Positions 6,407-14,899 of a stretch of 32,000 nucleotides of DNA are shown in pieces. Numbering within the stretch: position 1 is the stretch's first letter; each line of letters begins with the position of its first letter. Location of the stretch: the NCBI RefSeq assembly GCF_000039765.1, contig NC_004459.3, forward strand, positions 390,001 through 422,000, written 5' to 3'. The stretch is from Vibrio vulnificus CMCP6. Its GTDB lineage: Bacteria; Pseudomonadota; Gammaproteobacteria; Enterobacterales; Vibrionaceae. The notes under the pieces were generated by a model. It saw only the letters and a program-made list of their open reading frames with translations, searched no databases and was not told the origin of the DNA. Position numbers and translations under genes: made by a program.

Positions 6407-7162
6407 TCAATGATCATTTGCCGCAGCTGCGGCAGGATTAATGTGATAACCGTGTTCCTCAAGTGCGCTTTCTGAGAGCTGTAAAACAGGCAACCCAGGG
6501 AGATAACTCATGCGCTTGTGCTGACGATTGACGCTTATGGAGGTAAAGCTCACGGTATGTGCGTCTTCTCGTACCATGCACGGAGAGAGATGCGGCTCTT
6601 TTGCCTCAAAGGCACGATGAAAAGCCAACAGAGATTCGCGCGTTTTCTCTTTCGCTGTGCATTCCCGGTAAAGTTGCTGGCGATAATTCTGCACAGCATC
6701 GAAATGCACAGCGGAAGAAAACAGCGGACTATCTACAGGAAAGATCCCTAGTGTTTCACCATTCCATTCAAATGCCATGACATCACCAAAACGCGCCGTC
6801 AACGACGGATCAAACGCCAGCAAAGTAAAGGGTGCTAAGCGTTTCAACTGAATGGTTCGAAACACTTTCACAATGTCCTCAACTCGCTGATGCGGCGAAA
6901 GATGACGCAATAATAAACCGCGACTGACCAACTCCCCGGCAGGCACTTTTCCTTGATAGTAATTCAGCAGACACAAGGAAAGCCCATGCTCATTGAGCGA
7001 GATCCAACTGCCTCGCCCTTTGGGATCAATCGGCATGAGAACCGATGTTTGTTGAATGCAAATTTGCTGAGGGGGCAACGCCAATGGCCTTGCCTTTTGC
7101 TCATCACGATTAAAAAACAGTTGATAGCCATCAGGCTCTATAAGCCAAGTCACCGAACACAT
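6407..7162 (-). CDS. NRDE-family (TANGO2-like) protein
   Basis: Starts MCSVTW..LFFNRDE, matching the family-typical N-terminal Met-Cys and NRDE motif. The ATG lies 1 nt after the upstream gene's stop. Confidence 0.7.
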   Translation of the reverse strand: MCSVTWLIEPDGYQLFFNRDEQKARPLALPPQQICIQQTSVLMPIDPKGRGSWISLNEHGLSLCLLNYYQGKVPAGELVSRGLLLRHLSPHQRVEDIVKVFRTIQLKRLAPFTLLAFDPSLTARFGDVMAFEWNGETLGIFPVDSPLFSSAVHFDAVQNYRQQLYRECTAKEKTRESLLAFHRAFEAKEPHLSPCMVREDAHTVSFTSISVNRQHKRMSYLPGLPVLQLSESALEEHGYHINPAAAAANDH

Positions 7163-7163
7163 G

Positions 7164-7718
7164 CTATTCGCCTCGGATGTAAGTCGCGGTGGCTGGGGCA
7201 ATGCCAAACGCGCTATTGGTTTCCACTTGCATCACCTGCGCCGCCACTTTGGCCATAGCGAAATGATGGTTGGCGTGCAGCGCCGCGAAAGCCAACTCTC
7301 GCTCAAGGGTTGATTGCATCTCAGCAATCCGTGTTTGATAGAGCGTCACTTCACTGGTCACGGAGACTTTCATCACTGCCGCTTCGGCGCTCAAATTCCC
7401 TAGCCACGTCGTGAGCTGTGCGATTTCTGCTTGCGCCTGTTCGATAGAGTGCTCAACAGCGTGACCACGGCGACGTTGGTTGTAGTCAATCTCTTCACTG
7501 GCTAAGCGAATCGCATGAAAAATATCTAACCAATGACGAAAATGTTCTCCAATACTGCTGCTTACGTACGGGGCTGCGGGTGTCACATAGTGACGATCTT
7601 CAATATCAAGTAAAAACTGCTGTGCTTGTTCAAGGGTTTCTAAACACCCCTGCACAACCGCGGGATAACTCATCACCATTCTGGCTTGTTGGTTGTCTGA
7701 TTTGGCAATCATTAACAT
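7164..7718 (-). CDS. DinB-like / four-helix-bundle metal-binding protein (tentative)
   Basis: His-rich helices EHFRHWLDIFH and LHANHHFAMAK. AGGAA lies upstream of the ATG. The family assignment is only pattern-based. Confidence 0.45.
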   Translation of the reverse strand: MLMIAKSDNQQARMVMSYPAVVQGCLETLEQAQQFLLDIEDRHYVTPAAPYVSSSIGEHFRHWLDIFHAIRLASEEIDYNQRRRGHAVEHSIEQAQAEIAQLTTWLGNLSAEAAVMKVSVTSEVTLYQTRIAEMQSTLERELAFAALHANHHFAMAKVAAQVMQVETNSAFGIAPATATYIRGE

Positions 7719-7741
7719 AAGGAAATTCCTAACAATGGGGG

Positions 7742-8869
7742 CTAATCGGTAGCGGGATACTGACGAACTAATTGACGCTCAGTTTGCCAAGCGCGAAGCA
7801 ATTCACGGATTTTCGGCGTGCGGTGGCCCAGTTTTTTCTGTTGCGCACCAATTTGGAAAAGCAGTCGGTATTGCAAAAGCAGCGTAGAAAAAATCTCCAG
7901 CAAAGGCGTTTCGCTATCCCAGATATGGGCAGCCTCACTGCTGGCACCATTCACTTCCAAAATGGTGAAGTTTTCTCCAGCCATAAACTGTTCAATGTCG
8001 GCGAACTTGATATCCAACCGTCCATAATGAAAGCCGTTGAAATCATCAAAAATGGCATCTAAACGCTGAGTCAACTCTGGGGTGATGTATTGGTTGCCAT
8101 TGCGAAATATCGAACCGCGACTGTGGCTTCCCGCAAACGCTAGCTGCACTTCTTCACCAGCGTCAGGCACCCAATCCAACTTGTTGCTGTGCCTTGGGAA
8201 ATACAAATGCGTCAACTTACCTGCTCGAGGCGAGTCTTCAATTAATGTTTTCAGTGTTCGCTGGCCATCACCCACCACCGATGGCGCGTACTTCAACGTG
8301 ATTGAAATAATCCGCCCCTGCTTTTCTTGTGGATGACGAACGTAAAACACCCCTGCCTCCGCCGAAAAAGGCGCTTTTTGCTGCAACAGAAACCGCGCTT
8401 GCTGCGGAAAAGTGTCCAAATATTGGCGAAGTTGCTGCTCGGTTTCGATAAGCTTCACGCCCGCGCCACGGCAACCAAGATCGGGTTTTGCCACTAAGGG
8501 ATAAGTCAATCCGGCATCAAGCAACGATTGCTCGATCTCGGCCAACAGACTCTCAATCTCCTGCCCATGTTTGCTGACGGTGATGAAAGGTGAAATCCAG
8601 CGCTGCGCCTCTTTGCCCGCTAAGGTCAAAATATCGTGCTTAGACTCCCCCACCATGCCACTGAGATGTATGGCGGGATTCGCAATTAATGGCAGCGTGA
8701 TGTCTCGATGCCACAAACCTTGCACGACACTCTGTGCCACCACCGGGGTATAAAAAAACCAGCTCGGTAGAAACTCATAAGGTGAAATCTCACGCTTGGG
8801 TGATTGACTTAACAACGGCATGCCCGCATTCACTCGGCCTTGTTCAATCATTTCAATGGCTCGATTCAT
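7742..8869 (-). CDS. ATP-grasp family ligase, substrate unknown
   Basis: KPDLGCRGAGVKLI, LLQQKAPFSAEAGVFYVR and FTILEVNGASSE (ATP-grasp core and E-x-N Mg site). Start set at ATG 8869, which forms an ATGA overlap with the upstream stop. Confidence 0.75.
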   Translation of the reverse strand: MNRAIEMIEQGRVNAGMPLLSQSPKREISPYEFLPSWFFYTPVVAQSVVQGLWHRDITLPLIANPAIHLSGMVGESKHDILTLAGKEAQRWISPFITVSKHGQEIESLLAEIEQSLLDAGLTYPLVAKPDLGCRGAGVKLIETEQQLRQYLDTFPQQARFLLQQKAPFSAEAGVFYVRHPQEKQGRIISITLKYAPSVVGDGQRTLKTLIEDSPRAGKLTHLYFPRHSNKLDWVPDAGEEVQLAFAGSHSRGSIFRNGNQYITPELTQRLDAIFDDFNGFHYGRLDIKFADIEQFMAGENFTILEVNGASSEAAHIWDSETPLLEIFSTLLLQYRLLFQIGAQQKKLGHRTPKIRELLRAWQTERQLVRQYPATD

Positions 8870-9456
8870 ATTGATATTTTTCCTTTTGACCAAGACTGGC
8901 TCACGACACGATTCATAACGGTCAGCAGTAAAAATGCGCCTAACACCCACCACCAAAGCCACGAGCTTTGTGCTAAGAAAGCTTGGCTACCTAACCAGTA
9001 CACCGACCCAAACACACCCCCGACCCAGAGCGCGCTGGCGAGTATGACCGCCAACAAAAAAACACGCATCGGCACGAGGCAATAACCACTTAGGGTGTAA
9101 CCTAAGGTGCGCAATCCAGGAATAAAACGAATCACAAACAAACTCACGAAAGCCTTACTTTGAATACGCCCTCTCACCTGGCGAAACGCTTTATGCTTGA
9201 GCGTGTGATAACGCAAAAAACGGACACTTTGACCATATTTGCCCAACCAATAGAGCGCTAAATCACCAGTAGTAATACCAACAAAAATGGCAACGATGGC
9301 AACCAAAGAAGGGAGGTAACCTTCCACGGCTAACCCTGCGGCTAGCACGATGGCAAGATCTTCCAAGAGATAGGAAACCAGCACGATGCCAATAAACAGC
9401 CACAGCGGCGAGCTCAGATGTAAGCTCAATATTTCTTGGATATAGGCGGCCAACAT
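8866..9456 (-). CDS. DedA/VTT (SNARE-associated) family membrane protein
   Basis: Multi-TM with LEDLAIVLAAG..GDLALYWLGKYG. ATG 9456 has GGAGG 5 nt upstream (alternative ATG at 9495). Confidence 0.7.
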   Translation of the reverse strand: MLAAYIQEILSLHLSSPLWLFIGIVLVSYLLEDLAIVLAAGLAVEGYLPSLVAIVAIFVGITTGDLALYWLGKYGQSVRFLRYHTLKHKAFRQVRGRIQSKAFVSLFVIRFIPGLRTLGYTLSGYCLVPMRVFLLAVILASALWVGGVFGSVYWLGSQAFLAQSSWLWWWVLGAFLLLTVMNRVVSQSWSKGKISI

Positions 9457-9755
9457 TTCCCCTCCATGAAGCCAAATGTCATATTTGAAATGCATAAGCT
9501 GCTTGAATAGACCGGAAGGGGATGAAAAAAATTACGCATTGAAGAAAAATAGGCGAATGATCTGGCAGAGCTAGGTCCGCAGTTTTGCTCTGCTGACCAT
9601 TTATCAATAGCTTAAAGAAGGAATCAACGAGGTGATTTTGCGCGAACAGAGCACAATACTGCTAGTGCTCGCATCTTCACACTAGTTGAGTATAATGTCG
9701 CCTTCGTTTTGAACCGCACGGCGCGGGCTCGGATAACGCAGTACATCGGTCTCTC

Positions 9756-10742
9756 ATGGCCAATTCTGAGGAAGTAACATTGAACACGCTTTATCTTTCT
9801 GCCCTAGAGCAAAAAGACATCGATCAAGCCAAAGAGATTCTCGCCAGCGGTGAGCTCGTGGCGATCCCAACTGAAACGGTTTACGGCTTAGCCGCAGATG
9901 CCACCAATCCAGACGCTGTAAAAAAGATCTTTGCCGCGAAAGGAAGACCAGCCGATCACCCTTTGATTGTGCATATTGGCCGTGTGGAGCAATTGACCGA
10001 TTGGGCGATCGACATTCCTGAAGAAGCGTATACTTTGGCGCAAGCCTACTGGCCAGGCCCAGTTACCTTGCTGTTAAAAAAAGCGCCCCATGTTACTCCC
10101 GTGGTTACTGGTGGCTTAGAGACCATCGGCATTCGAATGCCTGCGCATGACGTATTTGCAACCCTATTGCAATCTTCCGGTATGGCGGTTGCTGCGCCTT
10201 CAGCGAACCCCTACAAAAAACTGAGCCCCACTTCAGCCAAGCACGTTATGAATTCACTCGGTGGCAAAATTGCGGCCGTATTAGATGGAGGGGACTGCGC
10301 TCATGGGCTTGAGTCGACGATTGTCGATCTGACCGAAAAACCTTTCCGTATTTTACGTACCGGCCCAGTGACCGCAGCGCAACTCTCTGCCACGTTGAGC
10401 GAGGAAGTGAGCTCTCCGGTTAGCCATAATGTTGCAGTACCCGGTAATGTCACTAGCCACTACCAACCCAATACCCGTGTTCGTTTGGTTCAAGCTAGCG
10501 ATCTGGCACTGGTTGGGGATAAGAAGATCGCCTACCTTCACTACACGCCGTTCACTGCGCAAGAGAATGTCGAAGTCAGACAGATGCCCTCTTCAGTAGC
10601 CGAATACTCACATGACTTATATCGCACACTCGATGAAGCGGACAAATGGGGCTGTGAGGAAATTTGGGTAGAAAGACCACCGGTGACCGAAAGCTGGTTT
10701 GCCGTTCATGACCGACTCAATCGAGCACAATCAAAACTTTGA
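9756..10742 (+). CDS. L-threonylcarbamoyladenylate synthase, two-domain Sua5/TsaC2 type
   Basis: AIPTETVYGLAADA, KGRPADHPLIVH and SANP signature of YrdC/Sua5, plus a ~120-aa C-terminal Sua5-type domain. Confidence 0.88.
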   Translation: MANSEEVTLNTLYLSALEQKDIDQAKEILASGELVAIPTETVYGLAADATNPDAVKKIFAAKGRPADHPLIVHIGRVEQLTDWAIDIPEEAYTLAQAYWPGPVTLLLKKAPHVTPVVTGGLETIGIRMPAHDVFATLLQSSGMAVAAPSANPYKKLSPTSAKHVMNSLGGKIAAVLDGGDCAHGLESTIVDLTEKPFRILRTGPVTAAQLSATLSEEVSSPVSHNVAVPGNVTSHYQPNTRVRLVQASDLALVGDKKIAYLHYTPFTAQENVEVRQMPSSVAEYSHDLYRTLDEADKWGCEEIWVERPPVTESWFAVHDRLNRAQSKL

Positions 10743-10761
10743 TTTAAAAGAGAATAACCAG

Positions 10762-10794
10762 AAAACCCAGCCGCTATCGCTGGGTTTTCTTTAT
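10762..10794 (+). terminator. Rho-independent terminator
   Basis: aaaacccagc / gctgggtttt stem followed by a T-rich tract. Confidence 0.8.
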
Positions 10795-11034
10795 GTATTT
10801 TTCCCACTTTTTCCGTCGCTGGTTCTGCTTTTTGAGCATTAGGATCATCATGTTCCAAATGCTTTAGGTACATGATGATCTAAATGCTTCTTAAGCTGTA
10901 CACATCCCCATTGCTGAGTCACCGCTCGACAACTGAACGGTTTTGTAAAATCCACGCAAGAACCCATCAGCACACTTGATTCGCGCCATAGACAGGCGTA
11001 TTAACATCTCTTTATCGCATACCCCTTCTGGACA

Positions 11035-11646
11035 GTGACCGTGCAACATCTCAACCAACTGCTGATTTCTATGCAACCTTTGTTGGAACAATATGGCTAC
11101 CTAGCTTTGGTCGTCAGCATCGTGCTTGAGGGCGTAGGCGTACCGATGCCAGGGCAATCGCTAATGATCGCGGCATCCATCCTCTCTTCTGATGGTGTGA
11201 TGAATTTTTATTGGGTGATGATCGTCTCTTGGTTGAGCTGTTTTATCGGCAACAGCTGTGGTTACTTGTTGGGTTACCACTTTGAGTCTTGGTTGGATAA
11301 AAAAGGCTACATTTCAGGTGCTAAGTTTCACAAGCTGCAACAGGCAATTCAAAAATATGGCCCAGCTTGCCTAGTCATCAGCCGCTTTGTCGAAGGGATG
11401 AAACAATTTATGCCACTGGCGTGTGGGATTGCCAAAATGCCCCTCAAAGAATTTCTCTTAGGCAACCTTCTCGCCACCAGCATTTGGGTTGCGGTATTTG
11501 GCTTACTGACTCACTTTGCCTTCGAACATTTGCATCAGATCACCCATTTTTACTCTGCCCACCACTTTGTTATTTGGGGGATCAGCGCCCTGCTCTTCTG
11601 TTCGATGATTTATGCTGTCATCAAACACCGACGCCGTTCAAAATAA
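11035..11646 (+). CDS. DedA family inner-membrane protein
   Basis: YGYLALVVSIVLEGVGVPMPGQ and VISRFVEGMKQF are DedA signatures. The start is either GTG 11035 or ATG 11071. Confidence 0.85.
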   Translation: MTVQHLNQLLISMQPLLEQYGYLALVVSIVLEGVGVPMPGQSLMIAASILSSDGVMNFYWVMIVSWLSCFIGNSCGYLLGYHFESWLDKKGYISGAKFHKLQQAIQKYGPACLVISRFVEGMKQFMPLACGIAKMPLKEFLLGNLLATSIWVAVFGLLTHFAFEHLHQITHFYSAHHFVIWGISALLFCSMIYAVIKHRRRSK

Positions 11647-11870
11647 CCACGAATAGAAGACATGGTGATGCCTACACCACAGTAAAGGTGACGCTTCTCC
11701 TGTTGTTATTTCTAAAAGCAATTACTCACCAACCAATTTAGCACCATCGTGAATACTATAAAAAATTCATGTGGTTACCATTCAATATTTCAATTGCACA
11801 AATAGACTCCCTCATTAGTATCGAACAATCGGTATTTCATACTGATTGTAATTTTGTACTAGGGAATTTT

Positions 11871-13784
11871 ATGAAAAGGCACTTTGAACTCATCGATAAA
11901 CCCACTTTTTTTGGCGCTCTAGCGCTTCTTTTTTCGGTGATTATTCCACTTCTTGTTTGGCCATCTCAGGGAGAATACTGGATAGGCGTAGCAAAAACAT
12001 TCATGACCGATAAGCTGGGTTTTCTTTACCTAGGCCTTGGTTTGGCTGCATTTTTCTTCATGGTTTACATCATTTTCAGCGATATCGGTCAAATTAAACT
12101 GGGCGATGCCGATGAAAAGCCAGAGTTTGCCACAGGCTCCTGGGCGGCGATGCTTTTCTGCGGAGGGATCGGAGCCAGCATTCTTTATTGGGGCACTATC
12201 GAGTGGGCTTACTACTACCAAAATCCGCCATTCCAACTAGAAGCAGGCAGTGAAGAAGCCATTCGCTGGGCCGCCACTTACGGAATTTTCCACTGGGGGC
12301 CGATTGCATGGTCTATCTATCTGATTCCGGCTTTACCCATTGCTTACTTCTTCTATGTTCGTAAGCAGCCAGTTCTGAAAATTTCTGCGGCACTGATGCC
12401 TGTGATTGGAGAAGCAAGAAGTTACGGTAAATTGGGCAAAGTGATCGATGTTTTGTTTATTTTTGGCCTTCTTGGTGGCGCAGCCACCACGCTTGGTTTA
12501 GCTGCCCCTCTCATCAATGAAGGGATCAGCTATTTATTTGGCATCCCTTCAACAACACTCTCACAAATTGGTGTACTGCTCCTGTGTACTGCGCTGTTCG
12601 CCTATTCCTCTTATAAAGGCATGGATGGTGGTATTAAAGTACTCAGCAACATCAATTTCTGGGGTGCGCTCGCCTTGCTCGCTTTCATCTTAGTGACAGG
12701 CCCAACACTCTTCATGCTGGAAACCGGCTTAGATTCTATCGGCCGAATGCTGTCCAATTTCTTCGTTATGGCAACATGGGCGGAACCATTTGGCGGTTAT
12801 GGGCCATTCGAGGATACCCACTTCCCTCAAGACTGGACGATTTTTTACTGGGCATGGTGGCTAGTGTTTGCCCCAAGTATGGGACTGTTTGTTGCGCGAA
12901 TCTCGAGAGGGAGAACCATAAAGCAGATGGTGTCAGGGTCGATCTTTTTCGGCTCAATGGGCTGTGCGCTCTATTTTATGGTACTGGGTAATTTTGGTTT
13001 ATCATTGCAACTTTCGGGTCAATTAGATGTAGTCGCCATTCTTAACCAGCACGGTGCGACAAGAGCCATTTTTGCCATTCTGGAACAACTTCCGCTCAGT
13101 ACGGTCGTGATCGCGGTATTCACTATTTTGTGCATTATTTTCACTGCGACAACCTTCGATTCGATTTCATTTATTCTCGCGTCCGTTGTACAAAACAATG
13201 TCACGGAAGATCCACTACGCTGGAACCGACTGTTTTGGGCTTTCACCTTATCACTCATGCCTTCCATTCTCTTATTCATGGGTGGCTTAGCGACATTGCA
13301 AACCGCAGCCATTGTGGGCGGTTTACCATTGCTAGGTATCGCCATTATGTTGATGATTTCCGGAATCAAAGCCGCAAGCTTAGACTTAGCACACCAAGAA
13401 GGTTATGAAGATCCCGTTATCAACATAGAAGAGTTTCCTGATGTTGATCCTTGGTCACGCGAAGGTATGGCACTGGCGAAATTCGAACGATTGAAAGATG
13501 AAGCGGTTGAGGCAGCAGAGCAAGAACGCGAGGCTCTCGCTGCCATCTGGAAACTGAAAAAAGTGATACGTTCTGAAGCGCTCTCTCGCGGAGAAAGCGG
13601 CTTAGAACTTGGAGAAGCTCCTGAGGAACAACTTACAGAAATTCAACGCCTAACGAACGCGGCAATGGAGGCTAAAGAACACAAACTGCAAGCCTCTGAA
13701 GCGGCTCAAGCAGCGCGCATTGAATTTAACGAGCTGATCAAAGAAAAAGAGTTGCAATCTCTTCAGTCAGAATCACTCAGTTAA
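11871..13784 (+). CDS. BCCT-family (betaine/carnitine/choline) transporter with a long charged C-terminal tail
   Basis: 12-TM pattern with WTIFYWAWWLVFAPSMGLFVARISRGRTI, the BCCT signature. ATG 11871 (MKRHFELIDKP) is preferred over the track start. Confidence 0.9.
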   Translation: MKRHFELIDKPTFFGALALLFSVIIPLLVWPSQGEYWIGVAKTFMTDKLGFLYLGLGLAAFFFMVYIIFSDIGQIKLGDADEKPEFATGSWAAMLFCGGIGASILYWGTIEWAYYYQNPPFQLEAGSEEAIRWAATYGIFHWGPIAWSIYLIPALPIAYFFYVRKQPVLKISAALMPVIGEARSYGKLGKVIDVLFIFGLLGGAATTLGLAAPLINEGISYLFGIPSTTLSQIGVLLLCTALFAYSSYKGMDGGIKVLSNINFWGALALLAFILVTGPTLFMLETGLDSIGRMLSNFFVMATWAEPFGGYGPFEDTHFPQDWTIFYWAWWLVFAPSMGLFVARISRGRTIKQMVSGSIFFGSMGCALYFMVLGNFGLSLQLSGQLDVVAILNQHGATRAIFAILEQLPLSTVVIAVFTILCIIFTATTFDSISFILASVVQNNVTEDPLRWNRLFWAFTLSLMPSILLFMGGLATLQTAAIVGGLPLLGIAIMLMISGIKAASLDLAHQEGYEDPVINIEEFPDVDPWSREGMALAKFERLKDEAVEAAEQEREALAAIWKLKKVIRSEALSRGESGLELGEAPEEQLTEIQRLTNAAMEAKEHKLQASEAAQAARIEFNELIKEKELQSLQSESLS

Positions 13785-13801
13785 TCACTCATCACAACAA
13801 A

Positions 13802-13829
13802 AAAGCTCACTCATGTACGAGTGAGCTTT
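13802..13829. terminator. Bidirectional terminator between convergent genes
   Basis: aaagctcactc / gagtgagcttt stem flanked by an A-run and a T-rich tract. Confidence 0.75.
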
Positions 13830-13832
13830 CTT

Positions 13833-14810
13833 TCATCGCGTCATTTTCTTTACAAACACCACCACAAACAGGGCCATGGTAAAACTACCAAGAAACGCCT
13901 CCAACGCGGCAATAAAGCGCGCTAAACCCACTGGTGATATATCGCCATAGCCGAGCGTGGTAAAGGTAACGACACTAAAATAGACCGCGTTGAGAAATTC
14001 CAATACGTAAAACTGCCAACCCGTCACATCGGCATAAATCGGGTTAGCCGAGGTGGTGTCTAAGAAAAAGTAAGCCGCTGCACTGGCAAAAATCAGGAAC
14101 AGTGAAAACAACACGACTCTAAGCGGGTCTTCTCCGTAGCCACAAAACAGATCAACCAATTTCGATAAAATCCGCTGCAGGCTGAGTCTCGGCATTTGAT
14201 AACGACGAAAACGCATTTCCTTTTTAAAAAATAGCCCTGCACTTTCAAACAACCCTTGTTTTTCACACTGCTTGCGTACCCCTCGGCAGACTTCCTCCGC
14301 TTCTTGCCATAAGGATTTGGCTTTTTTATGATCGCCTTTTTTCATCGCAACTCGCGCTTCTTGCTCTTGTTTGAGCTCCTCCCCCCACTCGATATTTTCG
14401 AGACGGGCACGCGCCAAGTCCGCTCCGAGTAAATTGCAACCCTCTAGTTTTGCGCAGTGCAAATTGGCACACACCAATTTGCTCTTCATCAGTGAAGAAC
14501 CGCGTAAATCTAAGCCAAAAAAATGAGCATCACTTAAGTCTGCGCGATAGAAATCGGCACCTCGACACTGAAACCCAACCTTGCTACCACGGTTAACCAA
14601 ATTGAGATCAACCAAGTTTGTTTTTGCCAACTGAAATCCGTCTAAAGGTTTACCTTCTGCTGCCCATTGCTCAACCTGCGACTTGACGTCGTCATTGCTT
14701 TTATCGACTTTGGGATCGTGCCAGTAACAGAGACCAGACTCCCCACACGGTTGATCGCAGCACCAGCCATCAGGATTTTGATAGCTGCATCGGCCTTTTT
14801 CTGACTTCAT
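13833..14810 (-). CDS. Two-TM K+ channel with a cytoplasmic pentapeptide-repeat domain and a Cys-rich N-terminus
   Basis: Selectivity filter TFTTLGYGD, runs of A(D/N)LxG-type pentapeptide repeats, and N-terminal CSYQNPDGWCCDQPCGESGLCYWHD. Confidence 0.8.
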   Translation of the reverse strand: MKSEKGRCSYQNPDGWCCDQPCGESGLCYWHDPKVDKSNDDVKSQVEQWAAEGKPLDGFQLAKTNLVDLNLVNRGSKVGFQCRGADFYRADLSDAHFFGLDLRGSSLMKSKLVCANLHCAKLEGCNLLGADLARARLENIEWGEELKQEQEARVAMKKGDHKKAKSLWQEAEEVCRGVRKQCEKQGLFESAGLFFKKEMRFRRYQMPRLSLQRILSKLVDLFCGYGEDPLRVVLFSLFLIFASAAAYFFLDTTSANPIYADVTGWQFYVLEFLNAVYFSVVTFTTLGYGDISPVGLARFIAALEAFLGSFTMALFVVVFVKKMTR

Positions 14811-14899
14811 TTGCTGCCCCTCTTGTCATACCGATTTGGATTTATTTGTTATGACCACGGTATAAAAGTAAGTGTAGGAGCTAGTTATTGAGTTGCCAC

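Noticed and set aside
10891-11091. 66-aa minus-strand ORF in the Sua5-DedA intergenic region
   Set aside because: I saw no SD and no recognisable motif, and it overlaps the 5' end of the DedA gene. It is probably the promoter or leader region of dedA. The nearby 11-bp-arm palindrome gatcatcatgt/acatgatgatc (10843-10880) may be a regulator site, but there is nothing to tie it to a known factor.
11367-11741. 124-aa + strand ORF overlapping the DedA gene in another frame
   Set aside because: It is an alternative frame of a gene with clear DedA motifs. Its Pro/Cys/His-rich composition is typical of an off-frame translation.
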